DNA of 64,000 nucleotides from Octopus sinensis (Eukaryota): the NCBI RefSeq assembly GCF_006345805.1, contig NC_042999.1, positions 170,438,001 to 170,502,000 of the forward strand. Reading direction: 5' to 3'. This document shows, in pieces, positions 1 to 13,095 of this stretch (positions within the stretch are counted from its first letter, which is position 1; the number at the start of each line of letters is the position of its first letter). The notes beneath the pieces were generated by a model that worked only from the letters and a program-made list of their open reading frames with translations, searched no databases and was not told the DNA's origin. A program made the position numbers and the translations under genes.

Positions 1-1243
1 CTCCACTTGGAGGTCCGGACCAAACCAGACCCCGAGCAATCAAACCGGGCCGTCGGTCCAGCGTCCCACGACGGAGGCGCTGGTGTGGACGGCATGGGCT
101 TGCTTCTCCAGGTGCCTAGTCGCAAGCCCACTGACTTTTCCCGGTTGATTTTCGCTCCTGTCACCGCTTCGTAGTTTTCAGTGTCTCGCCGACCAGATCG
201 ATGTGCTCGTGGCTAGACACTATGACGGTGACGTTCGTCCGCGTATGCAGACACGCTCGTCCCGCATCCCAATTCTCGCGGGATGCCCCTTAGAGTCGCC
301 AGCTTCCGCAGTAGTGGCTCAAGAGTCAATACGTATAGAAGCGCGAGAGGGGGGCATCCCTGATGGACCGAACGTGCAATGTCGAAAGGTCTCGATAGAT
401 GTCCATTTACGCGAATTACCGAACGGATGCCTCTGTACAAGGCAGCTATCCAGCCGCGGAAGACGGGACCGAAACCGCCGCTCTCAGGACGCCTCCAAGT
501 ATCGATGGTCTACCCTATCAAGGCTTTTGATTGATCCAAGTTGATCAGGGCCCCACCCATGCCAGGTTCGTTAACTACCCTGTCTATGATGTAGCGCATC
601 AGATGGAGGTTGTCATGGATGGTCCGGCCTGGCACGGCGCATGTTTGCGCCTTGTCGACCAGTTTCTCGATGACAAGCGCCAACCTCTTGGCTAGCACCT
701 TGGCCAAAATTTTCAAGTCTGCATTAAGCAGAGTGATGGGCCTAAAGTTATCTATTACATTTCCCTTGTTTAGATCTTTCTTCAGCAGTGTTACGGCTCC
801 TCGGCTCACAAAACCAGGAATGCTCCCGTTTTGCTGCCAGTTGCAGTACACCGCCGCCAAGAGATCTCCAAACAAGTCTGGCATACAATTGTAAAGCTCG
901 TAGGGTAGACCATCCAAACCCGGTGATTTGTCCCTCGAGCATTCTGCCATCGCTTCCCGCACTTCCGCCGCCGTGATGGCACCTTCGCAGCACCCTGCCT
1001 TTCTTGTCGAGAGTCGTGGTAGGCTATGTAGGTAGGCACTGAAGTCCACCCTACGTTCTTGCCCTCCACTCGTTCCGAACAGTCGGGCAAAATGCTGCTG
1101 AAAGGCCTCACACATTTTACTTGGCTCGAGCAATTCGCGCCCCTGTTCATCTACCAGTGACCGAATGGTGGCTTTGTTGCCCTGTTGCGCCTCTGCCACC
1201 CGGGCCTCTCTCGCGGCTCCAACACCTTCGTTCCTTAGAGCAC
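1..1243 (-). mobile_element. L1/Tx1-type LINE ORF2 fragment (RT region), 5'-truncated, runs off the window start
   Basis: Translation gives KSPGLDGLPYELY, NFRPITLLNADLKILAKVLAKRL, INLDQSKA and a frameshifted SAYAD. Colinear with about 8640-9890. Homology stops at 1243 and is followed directly by (AGAT)5 at 1244-1263. Confidence 0.93.
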
Positions 1244-1345
1244 AGATAGATAGATAGATAGATAAACTTACTTGGAAATGGATGCGTGACGTTCTATCAA
1301 ATAATAATATAAATAATATATATATATGCATACATATATGTATAT

Positions 1346-1393
<48 letters not shown>

Positions 1394-1400
1394 GCATATA

Positions 1401-2417
1401 TGTCTTTTTTTCTCTGTCTCGAAATGGTGCTTATAATGTCTTATGATATTTTACGGTAAAAACCTTAATAGTTGAGTCAGTCGTCAAATATTTTAATAAT
1501 AAGAGAGAAAACTCATTTCATGAGAAACCAAGCAAGGCAAAATGGGAGACTACACAGAGTTAGAAAGATTCATGCTTCAAGAGTTACCCTGTGCGTGCAC
1601 TCGTGTATGCGTGTGTATGTGTGTGTGTGTAAATTTATACACACATATATACATACATAGGTACACGTAAACATTTATGCACACACACACACACACACAC
1701 ATTTCAATACGGAGCAAATATTTCACGAAAAAATAATTTTCAATGATATCATTGACTCTGCTATTATCTAGTATAACAATTTAAAAATGACAATAACAGA
1801 ATCAATAATATAGGCGAATGCAGGCCCAAGAACAGCATTAAATAGCTGAAGGATTAAAATTAATCAAAGGACATACTTAGCATGTCCTTTGATTAATTAT
1901 ATATTGTCGGCTGTCCATCTGCTTACTCCTCATTTCGAGCACTGAAAGACAATATGAGTTTTCGAAGGGCCGTTGCTCCTGCAAACCAAAATAAAATTTG
2001 GGATTTACGGAAAGGTCAAAGTTGGTAACAAAAACAGGAGAGTTGAGACATACAAGGAAACCGAAGGGAAACAAACATGGAGGGTCGTTGTTTGGTCTAA
2101 CGACCCAAATCCCAAATTTTATTTTGGTTTCCAGGAGCAACGGCCCTTCGAAAACTCATATTGCCGTTCAGTGCTCGAAATGAGGAGTAGATGGACAGCC
2201 GACAACTGATGAAGGGTCGTTCTTTATGTTACTTGTCCTGTTTTCCCTTTGATTCTCTCGCTGATTATGTAGTCAACTCTTTTGTTTTCGTATTTCATGC
2301 TGTTTACGGTTTATGATGTCCTGTACCCATATATGAATATATGTGTGTGTGTGTGTGTGTATGTGTACATATACATATATATGCATATGTACACTATATA
2401 CATATAGTATTTGTATT

Positions 2418-2472
<55 letters not shown>

Positions 2473-2973
2473 ATTAATCAAAGGACACACTAAGTATGTC
2501 CTTTGATTAATTTTAATCCTTCAGCTATTTAATGCTGTTCTTGGGCCTGCATTCGCCTATATTATTGATTCTGTTATTGTCATTTTTAAATTGTTATACT
2601 AGATAATAGCAGAGTCAATGATATCATTGAAAATTATTTTTTCGTGAAATATTTGCTCCGTATTGAAATGTGTGTGTGTGTGTGCATAAATGTTTACGTG
2701 TACCTATGTATGTATATATGTGTGTATAAATTTACACACACACACATACACACACATACACACGCATACACGAGTGCACGCACAGGGTAACTCTTGAAGC
2801 ATGAATCTTTCTAACTCTGTGTAGTCTCCCATTTTGCCTTGCTTGGTTTCTCATGAAATGAGTTTTCTCTCTTATTATTAAAATATTTGACGACTGACTC
2901 AACTATTAAGGTTTTTACCGTAAAATATCATAAGACATTATAAGCACCATTTCGAGACAGAAAAAAAAAGACA
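1401..2973. repeat. Nested inverted-repeat (foldback) structure: about 500 bp outer arms and about 100 bp inner arms
   Basis: 1401-1904 is the near-perfect reverse complement of 2465-2973. 1904-2006 is the reverse complement of 2107-2205. Confidence 0.92.
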
Positions 2974-3699
2974 AAAAATAAAATGAAAAGAAAACAGAGA
3001 CAGTCGATCGACCGTACCTCTCTGTGAGACTATTTCTCTTATCTGCATCAAATTGTACTTATAACGTCTAATTTTATTTTATAATAACGCCCTGTGGTGA
3101 TATTAAGAATCAATATTATTTTACAATAAAATTATTAATAGCATTTAGTGATTAGTCATGTATTAGATAGAACTGGTCATCTTCATCTATTTCGATAAGA
3201 CTAAAAGACAAAAAAGGGAATTTATATATTTGGCTGATTGTCTGCTTCATCGTTTACTGTTGTTACTTATCCCCAGATCATCCCTTATTTTTTGTAAAGC
3301 GTTCCACCCTCGATTGTCCCGACTTGTTTCAAACACAGGTATATCAAGCAATACGCAATCTCACATAGAGTTTATTTTTGACCAACTTTTCCTCCCAGAC
3401 ACATTGTATAAAGTACTGTATTATGTAAGAAGAGCTATTACCGTTGGCGTAATAATGAATGTGTGTGTCAATACCTTCAATCCTTATTATTACGTTAACC
3501 TTTTTGTTATTTGTACTGGTTGAAAACCAACGGGTGTTAAGTGCTTTGAAAGCTTTTCCAATTAGTGTTTGAGAGGTGTTGTAGTTTAAGTGTATAACCT
3601 GGTAGAGTAGTTATAGATTTTATATGTATATATGTGTATATATACATAGGCATAATTGTTTTTTGGAACGGTTCATCTTGAAGCAGATAAAGCTATAAA

Positions 3700-3820
3700 T
3701 AACCTTTTGGACAGAAGTTGTCTGCAGGACTCGAATCCACATCTCCCTATAAACATAATAGGCGTTCTCCTATTGGGCCAAAGCGATCTTTCGAATTTCT
3801 CTATCCATATTAATGACGTC
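3700..3820 (-). pseudogene. Possible decayed Penelope-like C-terminal remnant
   Basis: A minus-strand frame reads YREMWIRVLQT, resembling the RE..WI..L.T end motif of PLE GIY-YIG domains. Very short. Confidence 0.3.
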
Positions 3821-4906
3821 AACGACACACACACACACACACACACACACAATCTAAGGCCAGTGAGTTGACCAGCTTTACGTGAGGATTTTCGCCTCAA
3901 TTAATTCTTCAATGTACTTTTTTTATATTTTCCCTAGTCTAGCTCTCTACACTGAAAAAGGATATTATCCGAAACGTCGTTCTCTAAGCGTCAAACTAAT
4001 AATTTTAATCGTAAATTTATTCCGTTTTGTTTTAAATATTTATTGTCTTTCCTCTTTCTCTCTCTCTCTCTCTCCTTATCTTCTCCCTCTCTCTCTTTAT
4101 GCGTGTGTCTGTATTTTAAATTACTCTGCTACGCGTGACTTGTGTTTTTTTTTCTGGAAACCTGTATCTTCTATAAGTTTACAAAGGCCATTCGCTATTT
4201 CCATTCACTGCATGCGCATTTATATCTTTTATATCTAGTATATGATAAGACCACCGCCTTTGTGATAGGTTTCTTCTGATCTGAGTAAAAAATTGTACTC
4301 GTGGGTGTCGTGGATGTTATACTTTCTCGAAATAAGAACGCTTCCTGAATTATTTCTACACAATTGTCATGAGTGACGTAGCAAAAGTCTTTCAGTTCCC
4401 TCAAAGAGGGTCCTTAAAGCCGTTAGTGCCTTCTGCAGAATGTTCAGATTTATTTTTCACCTCATATTTACAATGTTATATTTTTGTGCCATTACAGTTT
4501 CAATTGATGGTAATGCTGATGGAACTCGTAATGCTGTTGATGAAGATGGTGGCGATGGTGTGACAGAAGTATTGGTGGTGCTAATAGTGGTAGTAGTGGC
4601 GGTGGCGATGGCGATGGTTGTGGTTGTGGCTAATATATATTGTTTGTAAAGATTGTGACAATGACAGAGATGAGGACAATGACCTGGTGGTCATTGTTTA
4701 TAGCTTCCTCTTACTTCTGTGTGTGACAGCTTGAACGTGCTGTTTGACACCAGCCATTACTGGCCAATCTACACACACACACCGCAGCAAATGGCAATTC
4801 GCTTCACACGTATGGACGCACATGCGCGCGCACATACACACACACGCTTACAGTCACACATACATGTGCATAACTGTTTGTCTGCTTACACACCACACAT
4901 GCATAC

Positions 4907-5001
<95 letters not shown>

Positions 5002-5158
5002 AGATGGTGGAGTGGAGGAGTTTCTAATTGGTGGCTAAAAATAGCAGCCAAACTTCTCTAAAATCTTACCTTACCGTCTGAATGCATGAGTGGACGCATG
5101 ACACCGTATTCCAAGATAAGCATGGTATGTATGCATGCATGCATGTGAACAAGCATAG

Positions 5159-5219
<61 letters not shown>

Positions 5220-5277
5220 TGAGTGTGTGTGTGCATACGTAAATACCTCTATTCATACATGTGCGTGCATGTATGTA

Positions 5278-5494
5278 CGAAGGGTGCTGAAAACTTGCTG
5301 GCTTTGAGTACAAGAAAACACAGGAGGATCAGTTGATTATGATCTTACTCAACATATTCCCCTCTCAGATTCACACACTTATTTGCAGTGGGCCTTCAGT
5401 TTTTCTAAGCCCTGTGAAAGAACTCAGAAGGTTGGGGCTCCAACCAGGTCTTTCGCGACACCTTTAATGCCAGGAACTTCTCAGAAACCCCTCG
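5278..5494 (-). mobile_element. mariner-derived MITE
   Basis: Imperfect TIRs (cgaagggtgctgaaaacttgctggc versus the reverse complement cgagggggtttctgagaagttcctggc). The internal minus-strand remnant GLEKLK..C.KCVNLRGEYVE* matches a mariner transposase C-terminus. Confidence 0.75.
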
Positions 5495-5499
5495 AGGGG

Positions 5500-5550
5500 G
5501 TGTGTACATTCGTGTGTGTGCGTGTGCGTGTGTGCGTGTGCGTGCGTGTG

Positions 5551-5583
<33 letters not shown>

Positions 5584-6380
5584 CGTGTGTAAGTGTGCGC
5601 GCGCGCGCGTAGCGGTCGGAATAACTGACCAGAAGCCTTCTTGATCCGGACTGATCTCGGATTAAAGAACACACGCAAATTCACACACAAACACATAAAG
5701 AGACCCAAAGGTCCAGTCAAGCACACACACACACACAGTTGGGACACACACACACACACACACATAGATATACACGCATACGCATGCATACGTGCACACA
5801 CACACACACACTCACATACACACACCTACATACAAGCATACACACACAGCTGCACACCTGCATACACATACAGCAATACTCCACACACACACACACATGC
5901 ACATAGACATGTAACACACCCACACATACACAGACATGCTAAAACTCACACTCACACAGATATGCACGCACACACACAGACGTGCATACACTCACAGCCA
6001 CACAGCGACATACATAGATATACATAGACATGCACGCACTCACACACACTCACACACACATACTCAGACACACGCACGCAGACAGCCACACGCAAGCATA
6101 CACTTACAGTGATGCACACACACGCACACGACGCGTCCGCACACACACACACACACCACACACACACACACTCACAGACACACACACACACACACACACA
6201 CTCACAGACTCAGACATGGGCACGAGCGCGCTGCTATCGGCTGATTATAAGCAGAATACGCCGTATGACATATAACGACGTGTCTAAATCTGTGTGTGTG
6301 TGTGTGTGCATGTGTGTGTGTGTGCATGTGTGTGTGTGTGCATGTGTGTGTGTGTATGTGTCTGTGTGTGTGTGTGTGTT
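5500..6380. repeat. Compound (GT)n/(CA)n microsatellite region
   Basis: Directly visible degenerate dinucleotide tracts in both orientations. Confidence 0.95.
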
Positions 6381-6925
6381 TATATTAGACAAAAGGGGTG
6401 AGGGTCAGTGACGGTGGCTCTTCTAAGCTGCACCTATGACCTTTGTATGTTGCAGCCTTGACCTTTTGTTGACCCTTCCAGACTTCGGCGATCAATGCAA
6501 TCGATGGTTCCTTTGACCATCCGTACACCACGTTGTGTAACAATGACGTTTGCCTTCGTCGTCAATGTTGTTGCTATTGTCGTTTAGCCCAGGGTCAACC
6601 CTGACCTGATCGAGGAGATTCATGAATGATTAAAAGCATTCTTGCCGTGACCGTTTCCCCCAACCAATTTTTGTTTACTTTGTATGTCAAGTCCCTTTAG
6701 CATAGGGAACAGCGCAGAGGAATTATAATCAGATGCCGTGAGTTCAAATCCCACCAATGATGAGATATAATGCTTTTCAAACCACATGGTTCTGGGTTCA
6801 GTCCTACAGTGAGGCATTTTGGGCAAGTGTTCTCCACTATAGAGCTTGTGAGAAGATTCGGTAGAAAAGAAATTGAAAGAAGCTCGTGGTCGTCGCTGTC
6901 TGTGTGGGTATGTATATCTATATCT

Positions 6926-6999
<74 letters not shown>

Positions 7000-7122
7000 G
7001 ATCGATAGATAGATAGATACATAGATAGATTGATATAGATCGATAGATAGATAGATATAGATCGTAGATAGATAGATACATAGATAGATAGATATAGATC
7101 GATAGATAGATAGATATAGATC

Positions 7123-7177
<55 letters not shown>

Positions 7178-7178
7178 C

Positions 7179-7261
<83 letters not shown>
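6926..7261. repeat. (TAGA)n tetranucleotide array abutting the LINE 3' end
   Basis: Directly visible; joined to the minus-strand AATAAAGAAACA end of the LINE. Confidence 0.97.
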
Positions 7262-10200
7262 GTTTCTTTATTAGCCACACAGGGCTGCTCACAGACAGAA
7301 CAAATTACAAGGTAGAGCTTTTCTTTTGGGGGTAAAAAAAAAGGGGGGGTTGGTTTTCGATCAAAAGGGATCGTAAAAGGAAAGAAAGAGGACAAAAAAA
7401 AGGGGAGGATTTTAAAAAAAAAAGGGGGGAGAGGGAAGAAAAAAGGAAAGGGGAGAGGAAAAAAAGTTGATCAATAGGGATCGTAATCACAGAAATGTCA
7501 ATATGAAGTGTAAAGGGGAGGACAGGTGAGGATTACCCCTGGAAAGAAAAGCCTACGGAAAAGACCACGGTAACCTCGGTCAATGAAGTCACATGTTATA
7601 TTTCTTTCTTTTATTTTTTTTTTGCAAATAAGCAACTCTCTGTATTAATTTTTACGGTTCATAGAATCATAGTCAAGGTAGCTTCGTCATTCATACGTGC
7701 AATCCTTGCTACATTCACCCATCTTTTTTTACTAGACAAAACTTGCCTCTCTACTCTCACTTTCCTCTTCAAGTGATACTTGAAGAAGTTGATGAGAGAT
7801 TGACCAGAGAGGAAAGTGTTTGTCTCTAATCCTTTCAGGCGCGTCCACCAGATCCATTCTTCGCCATAGCCACAAGTATGATAAAAATAGCTCTTCCTCC
7901 CCGTTTGAAGGAAGGAGGCGTGACGATATTAACGATAGACTCGGCTGATAAACCGACACGTCCCACACGTGACAGCAGTCGTTCGACATAAGCCCACAGG
8001 TCGGAAATTGCTGGACACTGCACGATTGCGTGCAGAGCGGTTTCGTCGCTCTGCCGCATCTCGGGCAAATCGGCCCCGTGTTTCTCGAGCCATGCTATAG
8101 AGCTTATCCCGAACGGGTAGCGCTTCTCGGTAGCACCGCCAGGCCAGGGATCTCTGGAAGTTGTCCATAGGTCCCGGGCCGAAAGTCGTTTGAAACAGGC
8201 GGGTCAGGTATTCCTCGTCGACGCCCAGGTTTGCCCCGTGCTCGTCGTCGTACTTCCCCTCCACTAATCCCCTATAGAATGCTTTGGTTGTGTTGAAGTC
8301 ACTCAAGGTCGACCCGGGACGTCAGAGTTGCTTGAGAGCAACGCGACACTCGCGGTGCCATTCGCCCTTCCTCGGCCTCTTTTTGATCCACGACTGTAGT
8401 TCGGTCATGGAGACGAGTTGCCTGACCATCGGGACGCATCCTTTCCACAAGAAGCGGAAGAGAATGCGTTCTAGTTTGGTGATGGTAGGGTCGGGACAAG
8501 GTACGACGGTCAGGCGGTAGTAGATGACGGATGCGATGTACATGTTCGCCACCTCCGCCCGACCTTTTAGGGACAGTTTCCTCTCGGCCCATTGCTGGGC
8601 GAGAGTGACCACCCTACTCGTTATCTCGTTCCAGTTCTTCTCCATTTGGAGGTCCGGACCGAACCAGACCCCGAGCAACTCAACCGAGCCGTCTGTACAG
8701 CGTCCCACGACGGAGGTACTGGTGGATGGCATGGGCTTGCTTCTCCAGGTGCCGAGTCGCAAGCCCACTGACTTTTCCCGGTTGATTTTTGCTCCTGTCA
8801 CCGCTTCGTAGTCTTTCAGTGTCTCGCCGACCCGCCCGATGTGCTCGTGGCTTGACACTATGACGGTGACGTCGTCCGCGTATGCAGACACGCTCGTCCC
8901 GCATCCCAATTCTCGCGGGATGCTCCTCAAAGTCGCCAGCTTCCGCAGTAGTGGCTCAAGAGTCAATACGTATAGAAGCGCCGAGAGGGGAGAGGACATC
9001 CCTGACGGACCGAACGTGCAATGTCGAAAGGTCTCGATAGATGTCCATTTACGCGAATTACCGAACGGATGCCTCTGTACAAGGCAGTTATCCAGCCGCG
9101 GAAGACGGGACCGAACCAGCCGCTCTCAGGACTGCCTCCAAGTATCGATGGTCTACCCTATCGAAGGCTTTCGATTGATCCAAGTTGATCAGGGCCCCAC
9201 CCATGATAGGTTCGTTAACTACCCTGTCTATGATGTAGCGCGTCAAATGGAGGTTGTCATGGATGCTCCGGCTCGGCACAGCGCACGTTTGTGCGTTGTC
9301 GACCAGTTTCTCGATGACAAGCGCCAACCTCTTGGCTAACACCTTTGTCAAAATTTTCAGGTCTGCATTGAGCAGAGTGATTAGTCTAAAGTTATCTATA
9401 ATGTTCCCCTTGTTTGGATCTTTCTTCAGCAGTGTTACAGCTCCTTGACTCACAAAACCGGGTATGCTCCCGTTTTGCTGCCAGTTGCAGTATACCACTG
9501 CAAAGACGTCTCAAAAACAAGTCTGGCATACAATTGTTAAAACTCGTAGGGCAGACCATCCAAACTCGGCGATTTGTCTCTCAAGCATTCTGCCATCGCG
9601 TCCCGCACATCCGACGCCGTGATGGCACCTTCGCAGCACTCTACCTCTCTTGCCGAGAGTCGTGGTAGGCTGTGCAGGTAGGCACTGAAGTCCACCCTGC
9701 ATTCACGCTCACCACTCGTCCCGTACAGTCGGGCAAAGTGCCGCTGAAATGTCTCGCACATCTTGCTGGGCTCGGGCAATTCGCGCCCTTGTTCATCTAC
9801 CAGAGACCGAATGGGGGCTTTGTTGCCCTGCTGCGCCTCCGCCACCCGGGCCTCCTTCGCGGCTCCAACACCTTCCATCCTTAGAGCACGCATCCTAGCC
9901 CTGACAGCACACCCTTCGTGTTTGGCGTTGAAGTGTTGGTCAAGGGCCAACCTTGCTGCCAAAACGTCGGGTGTGATGCCGCTTCTTATTGCCTCTTCTA
10001 ACTTCTTAACTAACTCACCCTCTACTCTATTTCTATCTACGGCTAGTGCCTTGCTATATCTTATTGCTTCCGCTTTTACTGCTCTCTTGAGGGCGAACCA
10101 CCATTTGTTGTTGACAATGGCTCTCGTTAAAGCCCTTTTTACTAACGTGTTGATTCTGTCTCTGAAAACTTGTCTGGACGGGAATGATGCGTTCAGTTTC

Positions 10201-10941
10201 CAGTAACCAGGACCCTGTCTATGTGCCTTATCTAAGACTAGCGTACACGTCACGAATTTATGATCCGTGTAGCTGACTGTGTGGAATTGTGAACATCCTA
10301 AGTTATCCTTGTCTACTGTCCTACACAGTATCCTATCTAGATACGATCTCGACGACCCACTGCGGTTGCTCCATGTCCACGTTGGTGCATTTGGGTGGTC
10401 GAGTCGGTACCTGTCAGACAGTTGGAATCGTCTGAGCAGGTCTCTGAGGCATTTGCATCCCCTTCTGTTTTTGTCTCTCCCCACATAGTCTAGATGCGTG
10501 TCCAAGGTAGCATTCCAATCCCCCACTAAAAGTAAAGGACGAGACGTTCCCAGGAATACTTCTAGACGTCGAAAGAAATCGGCCGACTGTTTAAAGGCGG
10601 TGCGTAGACTGATACGAGTCGAAAGGCGCACCCATTGCTGCCGTCGACATCCAGAACGACCAGTCTACCCTCCGGGTCTACGAATATCGTCTTGACTTCG
10701 AGATCCAGGCTCCTGTGAAAAAGTACCGTGGTGCACAACTACGCCCATCCTCGGCAGACAAGGAGCAAAATAAATGTTAAACTGCCGCCAAACATGGACT
10801 GGACTTAGGCCCGTGGCTCGTGGAGTCTGGTCTCACTTATGGCTATGATTCCCAAATCGTGTGACTTGATGTCATTTAGGAGGTATCCTTGTTTCCAAGG
10901 AGACCCCAAGCCACGCGCATTCACACACCAATCTTGACCAT
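7262..10941 (-). mobile_element. L1/Tx1-type LINE: complete but disrupted ORF2 plus 3'UTR
   Basis: The 3'UTR (about 7262-7658) ends in AATAAA followed by (TCTA)n on the minus strand. ORF2 domains are described in the next feature. Confidence 0.95.
7659..10941 (-). pseudogene. ORF2 polyprotein (APE endonuclease, reverse transcriptase, C-terminal Cys/His region), frameshifted
   Basis: ATG at 10941, then MVKIG.(V)NARGL, IIAISETRL, LLLVGDWNA, SRSYLDRI, YTDHK, GPGYWKLN (APE). RT motifs are INLDQSKAFDRVDH and SAYADDVTV. C-terminus has ETALHAIVQCP. ORF-track pieces: 9537-10631, 9088-9498, 8322-8999, 7929-8306, 7835-8068. Confidence 0.93.
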
Positions 10942-10993
10942 GATTCTATTGGGGGGTGTGTGCTTTAAAACACAAAAAGGAAAGTACAGAGAG

Positions 10994-11460
10994 TTACTTA
11001 CTTGTGTCGAAAGTTTTGGCTTCCTCGTTCTTTGATGTGTCTTGGAGGAGGTTTCTATAGAGTTTTTGAGAGAGATATTTTTGGAAACCCCCCACAGCAT
11101 TTGGAAAGAGGGCTTTGAATTTGTGGTGTTGTGTTTGTGTGATGTGTAGTATTTGGATGTGTTTGGGTGGTGTAGTGCGTGGATGATTGTTAGTTTTGAA
11201 GTCATCTTCACAGATGTTTGTGTGACCTGTGATGTACTCCATTAGTTTGGAGTCTTTGGTGTCTATTGCTGATAGCATTGTGTGTGTTTTTGTGGTGTTG
11301 ATGCTTGTTTGGTTGTGTATGGGGTTTTCAGGGTTCAGGTATATCCCTGCTTTGGTTGCGTTTTCTTGTTTGGCCTTTTTTATCTTTTTCTTTTACCCCC
11401 TGTGGCTATTTGCCATTCTGTCGAACTTTCATCGTTAGATGAAAAGTCTGACGAATCAGC
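10994..11460 (-). pseudogene. Putative decayed ORF1 C-terminal segment upstream of ORF2
   Basis: Acidic/basic low-complexity translation (SSDFSSNDESSTEWQIATGGKRKR) with stops. The ORF ends at 10994, about 50 nt before the ORF2 ATG. No zinc knuckle, and base composition differs from ORF2. Confidence 0.4.
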
Positions 11461-12049
11461 AGGGGGTAAGGCAACAAAGAGGCTCCTACCCAGTCAACAA
11501 AGGAGCCTCTACCGGGTACGATCCATTGCATAGCGGTAAAAAACACCCAATTATTTTTTACCTTAACGTCGGTTTGATCAAAGTCTAGTGAGTGAAATTG
11601 CGTAGATAGAAATTATACAGAAACCCATCGGATGGGTTGTACCTGGTAATTCAAAGGTCCAGATTTGTTACAATGCCTCACTGCTTTTTGCCGAGAATTA
11701 CGGTAAGGGAACACGGATCAGTGAAATACTCAATTATTTCGCACGATGAGTCCAGCCGATGTTGCATCAGAAAGGTCATACATCGAAATTGCGAGATGGA
11801 AATTGTGTGGGAAAGGATTGTTCCTATTCTGAAATAGTAAACTTATTCCACTGTCTTATATAATATCCTCACATGGTCGAGGAGTCCCTTCATTAGGGAT
11901 CACGGCATTGTAAGCATTCGAACCAGATCATAGTCGCTGGTCTCTTTCCTATGATCAAACGATAAAAAAACAAAGAAAATTAAATCTACAGTTTGCTTCG
12001 GTTTTGGTAATGAATCTATCGTTTGAAAGACAGCGCAGAAAACTTCGCA

Positions 12050-13095
12050 ATGTATGCATACATACATGCACACACACACACACACGCACACACGCACGCA
12101 CGCACGCACACATCTATATATCTATAGATATATATGTATGTGTGTGTGTGTGTAACTAAATATATATATATATATATATATATAGTATATATATATATAT
12201 ATATATCTATATATATATATATATATATATATGTAAATATGTATATGTATACATACAACTAAAAACACGCACACACATACATACATACATGCATACATAC
12301 ACACATACATACATGCATACATACATACATACACACATACACACATACATACATACATGCATACACATGCATGCATACATACATACATACATATATACAT
12401 ACACACATACATACATACATGCATACATACATACATACATATATACATACACACATACATACATACATACATACATACATACATGCATACATACATACAT
12501 ACAGCATACATACATACACATACACATACACACATACATACATACATGCATACATACATACATACATGCTACATACATACATACATATATACATACACAC
12601 ATACATTACATACACACATACATACATACATACATACATACACACTACATACATACATACATACATACATACATACACACATACATACATACATACATAC
12701 ATACTACATACACACATACATACACACACACATACATACACACATACATACATACATATAACATACATACATACATACATACATACACACATACATACAT
12801 ACATACATAACACACACTACATACATCACATACATACATAATACCATACATACATACACACATACATACACACATACATACATACATACATACATACATA
12901 CATACATACATACACACCAACATACATACATCATACTACATACATACACATACATACATACACACACTACATACATAATACATACATACATACATACATA
13001 CATACATACATACATACATACACACATACATACATACATACATACATACATACATACATACATACATACATACATACATACGCATGCATACATGC
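12050..13095. repeat. (TA)n plus long (TACA)n microsatellite
   Basis: Directly visible. Confidence 0.97.

Noticed and set aside
1835-1898. CTGAAG-GATT..AATC-AAA followed by a hairpin, suggesting a hammerhead
   Set aside because: Lacks A9 and G12, and there is no helix I pairing.
2078-2225. Hammerhead-like words (CCCTTC-GAAA...GAGTA...CTGATGA-AGGG, permuted order)
   Set aside because: Extra unpaired nucleotides flank GAAA and helix I does not form. At best a decayed or non-canonical remnant.
12016-13093. Many long ORFs (MYVC/HTYI repeats); likewise 4719-6411, 6620-7395, 41657-42331, 45818-47390 and 63097-63443
   Set aside because: Stop-free reading frames of simple repeats; no coding evidence.
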